Assembly: GCF_900167395.1 (NCBI RefSeq) | Contig: NZ_FUWK01000009.1 | Span: 1-32,000 of the forward strand | Direction of reading: 5' to 3' | Length of the DNA stretch: 32,000 nucleotides | From: Nitrosomonas europaea | GTDB lineage: Bacteria; Pseudomonadota; Gammaproteobacteria; Burkholderiales; Nitrosomonadaceae | Shown here: in pieces, positions 17,655 to 26,170 of the stretch | Position numbering within the stretch: the first letter of the stretch is position 1 | Layout of the letters: each line of letters begins with the position of its first letter | Position numbers and translations under genes: made by a program | The notes under the pieces: model-generated | The model's input: the letters and a program-made list of their open reading frames with translations, nothing else | Database searches by the model: none | Told to the model about the DNA's origin: nothing

Positions 17655-17691
17655 TGCTCATATCAGACTGGGGTCCGGTAGTTATGTTTGC

Positions 17692-18315
17692 TCAAAAAAC
17701 AGATATTCCTGTTTCTTCCAGTAACTGGGAAGTTTCAAATAGCGGTAACCCGACCACACCGCTGTAACTCCCGTCGATATTGATGATGAAAGCGGCCGCT
17801 TTTCCCTGGATGGCATAGGCACCTGCCTTGTCATGGGGCTCGCCACTGGCGATATAGGCCTGAATTTCGCGCGGGCTGATATCGCGGAACCGAACGGTGG
17901 TTGTCGATAAGCGCAATCTGGTCTGTCCCTGGAAAGTCAGCCCGACAGCAGTATAAACCTGGTGTTCCTGGCCGGAGAGGGCATGCAGCATCTCTTCTGC
18001 ATGCCCGATATCCTGCGGTTTTCCCAGGATACGGCCATCCAGTACAACGGTGGTGTCTGCAGCCAGAACGGGCAAAAGGGGCAAGCCGCGCTGCTTCAGC
18101 CGTAACCAGCCAGCTTCCGATTTGGTGTGCGTGATTCTGTAGACATAATCCGCCGGAGATTCTTCCGGAAGCGGGGTTTCATCCACATCTGCCGGCCGGG
18201 ACAAAGCTTCCCGCATGAGCAGTATGTTGTGCCTGATTCCTATTTGCTTGAGCAGATCGCGTCTGCGGGCGCTGCGCGATGCCAGATAAATACAATTGCC
18301 AGCTGGGGTAATCAT
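17692..18315 (-). CDS. maf: Maf-like nucleoside triphosphate pyrophosphatase (septum formation protein Maf)
   Basis: Family motifs are present: IYLASRSARRRDLLKQIG, VLAADTVV-like LAADTTVVLDGRILGKP, and DKAGAYAIQG. Confidence 0.9.
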   Translation of the reverse strand: MITPAGNCIYLASRSARRRDLLKQIGIRHNILLMREALSRPADVDETPLPEESPADYVYRITHTKSEAGWLRLKQRGLPLLPVLAADTTVVLDGRILGKPQDIGHAEEMLHALSGQEHQVYTAVGLTFQGQTRLRLSTTTVRFRDISPREIQAYIASGEPHDKAGAYAIQGKAAAFIINIDGSYSGVVGLPLFETSQLLEETGISVF

Positions 18316-18400
18316 TGTTCAGATCGGATCTAGGCCCTATTTTTGCAGGGGTTCGGTATGAAAAATATCTGTAACCTGAACTCTACCTCAGGATGACGAG

Positions 18401-18871
18401 TTATGCACGATGGTAGGGGTGATTGCGGTTGATGGAAAATGCGCGGTAAAGCTGTTCCGCCAGTAATACTCTGGCCAGCCCGTGTGGAAGGGTCATGGCG
18501 GACAATGCCAGCTTTTCATGGGCCATCTGTTTGATATCCTGATGCAGCCCGTCAGCTCCGCCAATGATGAACGCGACATCCTGGCCGGATCCCATCCAGC
18601 GATCCATCATTTCTGCCAGCTTCATGGTCGTGGCCTGCTTGCCTGTTTCATCCAGTACGACGATATGGCATCCAGGTGGCAGAACGGTCCGGATGCGTTC
18701 ACTTTCAGCCTGCAGCAGTTGCCTGGTATTCTTGCTGCCAACGCGTTTTTCCGGTTTGATTTCCACCAGCAGCAACTCGGCTTCTTTGGGCATGCGCTGG
18801 CAGTATTCCGTATACCCTTTCCTGACCCAGTCCGGCATTTTGTTTCCAACGGCCAGGATATGGAATTTCAT
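18401..18871 (-). CDS. rlmH: 23S rRNA (pseudouridine1915-N3)-methyltransferase RlmH
   Basis: It is a 156-aa SPOUT protein with [24 protein letters not shown] and [22 protein letters not shown]. Confidence 0.92.
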
Positions 18872-18967
18872 GTTTCAGATGAGCGCATGCATGAAAATCA
18901 TCGCAGCGTATCAATCGAAGAAACTGCATGCAACTCTGAAGCAGATCGCACTTTTCACGGTTGTAAA

Positions 18968-19333
18968 TTAGCCGTATACAGCAGAGTTTTCCTGAGGTGA
19001 CCGCCAGGCCTGTTCCGACCAGAGTCCTTCCAGATCATAATAACTGCGAATGGCCGGCTGCATGATATGGACGATGATGTCTCCCAGATCGACCAGCAGC
19101 CACTCCCCTGTTTGTTCGCCTTCTATTCCGTAAACCATGCTGCCGGTTGCTTTTACCTTTTCCTGTACATGGCTGGCCAGTGCTCTGGTCTGGCGTGTGG
19201 AATCGGCGCTGGCTACGATCATGGTGGTGCATAACGAAGTCAGCTTGCTGACATCCATCACATGGATATTGCTGGCTTTGAGGTCTTCCAGGGCCATGAT
19301 TGCCGTTTCCAGCAATTTTTCAGGTGATTTCAT
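18968..19333 (-). CDS. rsfS: Ribosome silencing factor RsfS (iojap family)
   Basis: Family motifs are present: ALEDLKASNIHVMDV, WLLVDLGDIIVHIMQPAIRSYYDLEGLW. The start overlaps the nadD stop as ATGA. Confidence 0.92.
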   Translation of the reverse strand: MKSPEKLLETAIMALEDLKASNIHVMDVSKLTSLCTTMIVASADSTRQTRALASHVQEKVKATGSMVYGIEGEQTGEWLLVDLGDIIVHIMQPAIRSYYDLEGLWSEQAWRSPQENSAVYG

Positions 19334-20013
19334 TTTCCTCCGGCATAAAAGCCATACTTGTCGATATAGTTGAGTACTGATTCAGGCAGCAGATAACGTG
19401 CACTCTTTCCTGAAGCGATGATATTTCTGATTGATGTAGATGAAATATCCAGCAGGGTTGTGGGTGCTGTGAAGATGAGGCCAACGGGAGAATTTTTCAA
19501 TTCATCGGCCATGGTCGTCCAGCGATCCTGACAGACACCCCGCAATTCATCAGGCAGATCGGATGGATATCTGATCGGAACGGATCCGGGGCGATTGACG
19601 ATGATGAGGTGGCACAATTCAAATAACTCACGCCAGCGATGCCAGTACGGCAGCTTGATAAAGGCATCGGTACCTGTGATGAAACACAGTGCAACAGACT
19701 CGCTTGCTTCGTATTCCTGTCGGATTTCCCGCAGTGACTCGACACTATAGGTTTCTCCGGGGCGCCTGACTTCACGGTCATCTACCGAGAATCGGGTATT
19801 CCCGCGAATGGCCTCTTGCAACATGGCAACGCGATGCTCACCAGCTACAAAAGGGGGAGTGCGCAAACGGGGTCGGCCCGCCGGTAAAAAAAACAAGTGG
19901 TTCAGCTCCACAATGTCCGCCAGTTCTTCCGCTATTCTCAGATGTCCGTAGTGAATAGGATCAAACGTTCCGCCATAAATTCCAGTGAGTGAGTATCGGG
20001 TTATTTCAGCCAT
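19330..20013 (-). CDS. nadD: Nicotinate-nucleotide adenylyltransferase
   Basis: The nucleotidyltransferase motif GIYGGTFDPIHYGHL is present, along with ISSTSIRN. Confidence 0.92.
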   Translation of the reverse strand: MAEITRYSLTGIYGGTFDPIHYGHLRIAEELADIVELNHLFFLPAGRPRLRTPPFVAGEHRVAMLQEAIRGNTRFSVDDREVRRPGETYSVESLREIRQEYEASESVALCFITGTDAFIKLPYWHRWRELFELCHLIIVNRPGSVPIRYPSDLPDELRGVCQDRWTTMADELKNSPVGLIFTAPTTLLDISSTSIRNIIASGKSARYLLPESVLNYIDKYGFYAGGK

Positions 20014-20062
20014 TTACCGGTCAATGTGTCATCAGGTGGGCTATGTTGGCCGGTGCGGCAAC

Positions 20063-21418
20063 TCAGAACAGGGCAAGACGCATATCCGCCAGAATACTGG
20101 CCAGATGTGCAGTGAAGCGTGCGGCTGATGCACCGTCGATGACCCGGTGGTCGTAGGATAACGAAAGCGGAAGCACCAGGCGCGGAACAAATTGCCCGTT
20201 CTGGTAAACCGGTTTCAGACTTGCACGCGAGACACCCAGAATTGCTACTTCTGGTGCGTTGATAATGGGGGTGAAGCCTGTTCCACCGATCCCACCCAGG
20301 CTGGAAATGGTAAAACTTGCGCCCTGCATGTCGCCCGGTTTCAATTTGCCTTCACGAGCAAGTGAGGACAGTCTGGTAAGCTCCTCGGCGATACCGATTA
20401 CTCCTTTCTGATCGGCATCGCGGATGACGGGAACCACTAACCCGTTGGGGGTATCGGCCGCGAAACCCAGGTGGTAGTAGCGCTTGATGATGAGCTGGCT
20501 TTCCGTGGTGCTGTTATCCAGAGAGGCGTTGAACTCCGGAAATTTTTTCAGCGCTGCTGTGACTGCTTTGATGAGGAAAGCCAGTATGGTCAGTTTAGTG
20601 CCATTGTTTTGCCGGGTTTCATTATGGTTTTTTCTGAGCGCTTCCAGATCGGTGACGTCTGCTTCATCGAACTGCGTGACATGCGGAATCATGACCCAGT
20701 TGCGATGCAGATTGGCACCTGAGATCTCCCGGATACGCGACAGCGATTTCAGTTCGATCGGCCCGAATTTGGCAAAATCCACATGTGGCCACGGTAATAA
20801 ATCGAGTGTGCCTCCCCTGGCATTACGTCCACCCGTCAGAGCTTGTTTAACGAAAGCTTGTACGTCTTCTTTGAGAATGCGCTGCTTGGGGCCGGTTCCC
20901 ACTACCTTGCTCAGATCCACTCCCAGCTCGCGGGCAAATCGTCTGACCGAAGGGCTTGCATGGGGAATTATCTTATTGTGCTGGTCGATCGTATGATCCG
21001 GTATTTGTATGGGAGCAGAGGGGGTGGCCGGCTTCGTTGTCGTAGCAGCAGGTTTGGCTGCCGGCTCCTCTTCGGATTGACCGGCTCCTGTTTCGATCGG
21101 CCGGGTTGGTTGTGCAGGCTGTGATCCGGCTGATGGTTGTGGCTGGGAGGAAGTTGTTTTATTGTCGCTTTCTGCAGAGACCACTTCCATGGTCAGGATC
21201 TCCGAGTCTTTGGAGACTTTGCTGCCCATTTGCACCCTGATTTCCCGGATGATCCCGGAATAAGGTGAAGGAACCTCGACAGTGGCTTTGTCCGATTCCA
21301 GTACGATCAAAGGGTCCTCGACCTGCACACTGTCGCCAGGCTTGACCATGATTTCAATGACCGGAATATCTTCAAAATCCCCGATATCCGGGACCAGAAC
21401 TTTCTTGACTTCAGCCAC
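20063..21418 (-). CDS. aceF: Pyruvate dehydrogenase E2, dihydrolipoyllysine-residue acetyltransferase (single lipoyl domain)
   Basis: There is one lipoyl domain (LESDKATVEVPSP) and a Pro/Ala-rich linker. The subunit-binding domain reads ASPSVRRFARELGVDLSKVVGTGPKQRILKEDV, and the catalytic motif is SYDHRVIDGA. I chose GTG 21418 (AAGGAG followed by a 5-nt spacer) over GTG 21424. Confidence 0.9.
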   Translation of the reverse strand: MAEVKKVLVPDIGDFEDIPVIEIMVKPGDSVQVEDPLIVLESDKATVEVPSPYSGIIREIRVQMGSKVSKDSEILTMEVVSAESDNKTTSSQPQPSAGSQPAQPTRPIETGAGQSEEEPAAKPAATTTKPATPSAPIQIPDHTIDQHNKIIPHASPSVRRFARELGVDLSKVVGTGPKQRILKEDVQAFVKQALTGGRNARGGTLDLLPWPHVDFAKFGPIELKSLSRIREISGANLHRNWVMIPHVTQFDEADVTDLEALRKNHNETRQNNGTKLTILAFLIKAVTAALKKFPEFNASLDNSTTESQLIIKRYYHLGFAADTPNGLVVPVIRDADQKGVIGIAEELTRLSSLAREGKLKPGDMQGASFTISSLGGIGGTGFTPIINAPEVAILGVSRASLKPVYQNGQFVPRLVLPLSLSYDHRVIDGASAARFTAHLASILADMRLALF

Positions 21419-21493
21419 TTGCACTCCTTGATTTGCTGCAACACATGCTGTCAGAGGGAATCGACAGGGTTATTCCACCTGCCGTGAACAGAA

Positions 21494-24151
21494 TCAGATC
21501 TTGACCGGCTCGGGTTTGTCCGGATCGATCGCAAAGGTACGGATTGCCTTGGTTACTTGTGAAGATGGAATCTTTCCTTCATCTGCCAATGCTTTGAGTG
21601 CTGCAATCACGACATAATGGCGATCGACTTCAAAGAATTGTCTCAGTTTCTCGCGGGTATCGGAACGGCCGAACCCATCCGTTCCCAGTACGAAATAACG
21701 TCCTGGGATGAATTCCCGGATTTGGTCGGCAACGATCTTCATGTAGTCCGTAGAAGCAATGACAGGTCCTTCCCGGTCTTTCAGACAGGTTTCCACATAC
21801 GATAATCTGGCCGGTTCATCCGGATGAAGCAGGTTATGGCGTGATACAGCGAGTGCTTCACGCCGTAACTGATTGAAGCTGGTTACGCTCCATATATCTG
21901 CCGAGACCTTATAATCTTTTTCCAGAATTTCTGCCGCGGCGATCACTTCCCGTAAAATCGTCCCCGAGCCCAGCAGTTGTACATGCGACTTACTGCGTTG
22001 CTTACCGCCGCTACGGAACAGATACATACCCTGCAGAATGCCCTGTTCAGCACCTTTGGGCATTTCCGGGTGCGGATAATTTTCGTTCATCACAGTAATG
22101 TAGTAATAAACGTCTTCCTGTTCCTGATACATACGGCGCAGACCGTCCTGCATGATGACTGCCAGCTCATAGGCAAAAGCCGGATCGTAGGATACGCAGT
22201 TTGGGATCGTGGAAGCAGCCAGATGGCTGTGACCATCTTCGTGCTGCAATCCCTCACCGTTCAGCGTCGTGCGGCCGGCGGTACCCCCCAGTAGAAAGCC
22301 GCGACAGCGCATATCCCCTGCTGCCCAGGCAAGATCACCAATACGCTGGAAGCCGAACATCGAATAGAAAATATAGAATGGAATCATTTGCACACCATGG
22401 GTGCTGTAAGCAGTGGCTGCCGCCATCCACGATGCCATGGCGCCTGCTTCGTTGATTCCTTCCTGCAAAATCTGTCCGTTCCGATCTTCTTTGTAATACA
22501 TCAACTGGTCGGCATCTTCCGGGGTATAAAGCTGCCCCACCGATGACCAGATACCCAGTTGCCGGAACATGCCTTCCATGCCGAATGTACGTGATTCATC
22601 CGCCACGATGGGTACTACATGTTTGCCAATATTCTTATCTTTTACCAGGACGTTGAGTATCCTCACAAACGCCATCGTAGTGGAGGATTCACGCCCTTCA
22701 CCACTGGCTTTGAGCAGTGTCTCAAAAGCGGATAATGGAGGGATCTGCAAGGCAGCAGCTTTGCGACGGCGGTGATGAATGAAACCACCCATTGCCTGTT
22801 GCCGCGCACGCATGTAGTTGTATTCAGGTGACCCTTCCTCAAGCTTGAGGTAAGGTATCTCGTCGATTTTGTCATCCGGCACCGGCAGACCAAAGCGATT
22901 GCGGAATGCTTTCAGTGAGATCGTGCCCATTTTTTTCTGCTGATGAGTGATGTTCTGTGCCTCACCCGCTTCACCCATACCGTAGCCCTTGATCGTTTTG
23001 GCCAGAATCACAGTGGGCTGGCCGGTGTGTTTCATTGCTGTGCTATAGGCAGCATAAACTTTGTGAGGATCGTGGCCGCCGCGATTCAACCGCCAGATAT
23101 CGTCGTCGGACATGTTGGCGACCATTTCCAGCAATTCCGGATATTTGCCGAAGAAATGCTGGCGTACATAAGCGCCATCACGTGATTTGAAGGTCTGATA
23201 TTCACCATCGACACATTCCATCATGCGCTGCTGCAGCAATCCTTTGGTATCCTTGGCCAGCAGCGGATCCCAGTAGGAACCCCAGATGACCTTGATCACA
23301 TTCCAGCCGGCACCGCGGAAAGTGCTCTCCATTTCCTGAATGATCTTGCCATTACCTCGTACCGGTCCGTCGAGGCGCTGCAGATTGCAATTGATGACGA
23401 AAATCAGGTTGTCCAGTTTCTCACGTGCGCCCAGAGAAATGGCTCCGAGAGATTCCGGTTCATCCATCTCGCCATCACCCATGAAGGCCCAGACCTTACG
23501 CCCCTCGGTTTGAGCAAGTCCGCGTGCACCCAGATATTTCATGAAGCGCGCCTGATAGATCGCCATGAGCGGCCCCAAACCCATCGAAACAGTCGGGAAC
23601 TGCCAGAAATCCGGCATCAGCCATGGATGAGGGTAGGAAGACAGACCGTTATTACCGACCTCTTGACGAAAATTATCGAGCTGATCGGAAGTCAATTCAT
23701 CCAGCAGGAAAGCACGTGCATAGATACCGGGAGCAGAATGGCCCTGTACGTAAACCAGGTCTCCGCCCTGATGTTCATTGGCGGCCCGCCAGAAATGGTT
23801 GTAGCCGACATCATAGAGCGTGGCCGCCGAGGCGAAACTGGCGATATGGCCGCCAACATTGGTATGACGGTTGGCACGTAACACCATGGCCATCGCATTC
23901 CAGCGAATATAGGAACGGATACGATGCTCCAGTGCATGATCACCCGGTGAGCGTTCCTCCTTGCCGGGAGGGATAGTATTGATATAAGCGGTGTTGGCGC
24001 TGTAGGGTAGGTATGCGCCGGAACGGCGGGCTTTTTCCACCAGTTTTTCCAGTAGAAAATGGGCACGCTCGGTTCCTTCATTCATCAGAACCGTTTCCAA
24101 GGCATCCAGCCATTCCTGCGTTTCCTGCGGATCAATATCCATTGGATCCAT
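21494..24151 (-). CDS. aceE: Pyruvate dehydrogenase E1 component (homodimeric AceE type)
   Basis: It is 885 aa. The N-terminus DIDPQETQEWLDALETVL parallels the E. coli AceE N-terminus. The ThDP-binding motif GDGEMDEPES is present. Confidence 0.95.
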   Translation of the reverse strand: MDPMDIDPQETQEWLDALETVLMNEGTERAHFLLEKLVEKARRSGAYLPYSANTAYINTIPPGKEERSPGDHALEHRIRSYIRWNAMAMVLRANRHTNVGGHIASFASAATLYDVGYNHFWRAANEHQGGDLVYVQGHSAPGIYARAFLLDELTSDQLDNFRQEVGNNGLSSYPHPWLMPDFWQFPTVSMGLGPLMAIYQARFMKYLGARGLAQTEGRKVWAFMGDGEMDEPESLGAISLGAREKLDNLIFVINCNLQRLDGPVRGNGKIIQEMESTFRGAGWNVIKVIWGSYWDPLLAKDTKGLLQQRMMECVDGEYQTFKSRDGAYVRQHFFGKYPELLEMVANMSDDDIWRLNRGGHDPHKVYAAYSTAMKHTGQPTVILAKTIKGYGMGEAGEAQNITHQQKKMGTISLKAFRNRFGLPVPDDKIDEIPYLKLEEGSPEYNYMRARQQAMGGFIHHRRRKAAALQIPPLSAFETLLKASGEGRESSTTMAFVRILNVLVKDKNIGKHVVPIVADESRTFGMEGMFRQLGIWSSVGQLYTPEDADQLMYYKEDRNGQILQEGINEAGAMASWMAAATAYSTHGVQMIPFYIFYSMFGFQRIGDLAWAAGDMRCRGFLLGGTAGRTTLNGEGLQHEDGHSHLAASTIPNCVSYDPAFAYELAVIMQDGLRRMYQEQEDVYYYITVMNENYPHPEMPKGAEQGILQGMYLFRSGGKQRSKSHVQLLGSGTILREVIAAAEILEKDYKVSADIWSVTSFNQLRREALAVSRHNLLHPDEPARLSYVETCLKDREGPVIASTDYMKIVADQIREFIPGRYFVLGTDGFGRSDTREKLRQFFEVDRHYVVIAALKALADEGKIPSSQVTKAIRTFAIDPDKPEPVKI

Positions 24152-24184
24152 GTTCGGGTCTGCTCCCTGTTGACAATTCCAAAA

Positions 24185-25072
24185 TTATTGCACAGAACTG
24201 TGCCAGCCACCGGCCAGAGCCACTGCTTTCGCACGTTCGGCAGCTTCGATCGTATTGTTCATCAGCATCACGATAGTCATCGGACCGACTCCACCGGGAA
24301 CCGGCGTGATATATCCTGCTTTTTCTTTCACTCCTGAAAATTCGACATCTCCGCAAAGCCGCCCGTCCGCCAAACGATTGATTCCCACATCGATGACTGT
24401 CGCACCTGTCCTGATCATATCACTTGTCAGCAGATTCGCTTTTCCTGCAGCCATGACGACAATGTCAGCATTACGGGTATGGCTGGCCAGATCTCGTGTC
24501 CGTGAGGTACAAACCGTGACCGTTGCACCTTTTTCCAGCAGCATGAGGGCCATCGGTTTCCCGACGATGTTACTGCGGCCGATGATGACTGCATGCTGCC
24601 CCTGGAGCGGAATATCATATTCTGCCAGCATTTTCATTACTCCAAAGGGAGTACATGGATGAAACAGGGCGTGACCTGTTACCAATGCACCTACATTACA
24701 GGGGTGAAAGCCATCCACATCCTTTCCTATTGCGATGGCAGCAATGACTTCATCGATCCGGATATGGCCAGGCAAAGGCAGTTGTACCAAAATACCGTGA
24801 ATTTCCGGATTGACATTCAAATCCTGAATTTGCTGTAACAGGGCTTTCTGAGAAATATCACCAGGAAAATTGAAGATTTCGGAGCGGATACCCAATTCCT
24901 CACACGTTTTTGCCTTGTTGCGCACATATACGCAAGAGGCAGGATTATCTCCTGCCAGAATTACTGCCAGACCGGGTTGCATCCATGTTTCTGAGAGTAT
25001 TTTGACGCGTTGCTTCAGTTCTTCGCGAAATTTGCTTGCGATAAGACTGCCGCTGATGATTGTTGCACTCAT
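24185..25072 (-). CDS. folD: Bifunctional methylenetetrahydrofolate dehydrogenase / methenyl-THF cyclohydrolase
   Basis: Family motifs are present: [44 protein letters not shown] and [11 protein letters not shown]. Confidence 0.93.
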   Translation of the reverse strand: MSATIISGSLIASKFREELKQRVKILSETWMQPGLAVILAGDNPASCVYVRNKAKTCEELGIRSEIFNFPGDISQKALLQQIQDLNVNPEIHGILVQLPLPGHIRIDEVIAAIAIGKDVDGFHPCNVGALVTGHALFHPCTPFGVMKMLAEYDIPLQGQHAVIIGRSNIVGKPMALMLLEKGATVTVCTSRTRDLASHTRNADIVVMAAGKANLLTSDMIRTGATVIDVGINRLADGRLCGDVEFSGVKEKAGYITPVPGGVGPMTIVMLMNNTIEAAERAKAVALAGGWHSSVQ

Positions 25073-25224
25073 AAAATTCAGGAAATATCAGGTGAAGCAG
25101 GTAAATAACCCATGTGAATCAGCAGGATTGATTTGAAAACTTTTGCTGGAAATACTTCCCGGGTAGTTTTTGTACCATCAGAAAATTACTTTTCGGGTAC
25201 ATACCGGCCCCTGGGTCTTGCCAG

Positions 25225-25884
25225 CTATTGAGGGGGTGTTGGGGTGCGACTACCTTTCCGGGTCTTGTAACGGTGAATCAGCAGGCCGACCAGAAACACG
25301 GGTACTATGAAAAAAAGTGCGGCCAATAATCCAACAGCCAGAATGGTGATATTGTCACTTTCCGGCAGATAGATCGTTACAAACCATATACCAGCCATGG
25401 CGAAGAGTAAACCGCCCAGTAATAGAATTTTCTTGCCCTGGTCGTAGAAACGCCAGAGTCCCTTTGAAACTCTGGATTCATTGACGTAATGGTCGAAAAC
25501 CTCAGCAAGGCTGCGGTCGCCCGGTTTTGATTCATACCCTAACGCCAAGGCCAGTGCCTCATCACCATCATCCAATCTGGACATTTGTCTGATGAATGCA
25601 GCCTGGTTTTTTGCCCGCCTGGATTTGACGCCATCTTTGGTCATCATGTAGTACAACGCATGGAATGCTTTTTCCTGAGCATCCGTCGTCGTTGCTTCAT
25701 ACTGATCATAAAACTGCTGCATGACACCCACCAGATAGAGCTGGATGGTCAAATCTCTGAATTGCGGTGCGAAGTCATATTTTTTGTCTTTGACAAGCGG
25801 GAGTTGCTCTGCCAGAACTTCTTTTGCGTGACGGATGCAAGCATCGAGTATTTCTTCCTCGAATTTTTCTGCTGTATTTTCCAT
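25225..25884 (-). CDS. Hypothetical membrane-anchored protein (soluble N-terminal domain of about 150 aa plus two C-terminal TM helices)
   Basis: It is a clean 219-aa ORF with an ATG start. The TM segments are ILLLGGLLFAMAGIWFVTIYL and ITILAVGLLAALFFIVPVFLVGLLI, followed by the basic tail HRYKTRKGSR. I recognise no family motif and see no obvious SD. Confidence 0.6.
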   Translation of the reverse strand: MENTAEKFEEEILDACIRHAKEVLAEQLPLVKDKKYDFAPQFRDLTIQLYLVGVMQQFYDQYEATTTDAQEKAFHALYYMMTKDGVKSRRAKNQAAFIRQMSRLDDGDEALALALGYESKPGDRSLAEVFDHYVNESRVSKGLWRFYDQGKKILLLGGLLFAMAGIWFVTIYLPESDNITILAVGLLAALFFIVPVFLVGLLIHRYKTRKGSRTPTPPQ

Positions 25885-25924
25885 TTGAGTTGATCAGGGC
25901 CTTTACACGGTCATAATACGTTGC

Positions 25925-25930
25925 ATTATA
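25925..25930 (-). promoter_or_regulatory. Candidate -10 hexamer (TATAAT) for the - strand gene string starting at 25884
   Basis: A perfect TATAAT on the - strand lies about 40 nt upstream of the ATG. The corresponding -35 is poor (TTTCAT). Confidence 0.25.
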
Positions 25931-26137
25931 TACCGGCTGGATAACACATGAAATCTGCAAATCCTGAAATGTCCATCCAACCCGAAAATACAGGTGATTT
26001 TCAGCAAAATTCCGTTGTAGAAAGGTGATCTGGACTGCGCCGGTATCAGATCAGGAATCTTTGCCAGAATCTGCCGGACCGGTTTTCCGGTGCGACTTAT
26101 ACGTCAAAACACGCAAACAAGTTTGCAATCGAGCCGC

Positions 26138-26143
26138 TATAAT
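26138..26143 (+). promoter_or_regulatory. Candidate -10 hexamer (TATAAT) for argS
   Basis: A perfect TATAAT lies 28 nt upstream of ATG 26171. There is no good -35 at 16-18 bp spacing. Confidence 0.25.
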
Positions 26144-26170
26144 GCGGGCTTGCTGAAACACTTTCCTGTC

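Noticed and set aside
20014-20062. Hairpin between aceF and nadD as a terminator
   Set aside because: On the transcribed (- strand) RNA the stem has three C-A/A-C mismatches, and no U tract follows it.
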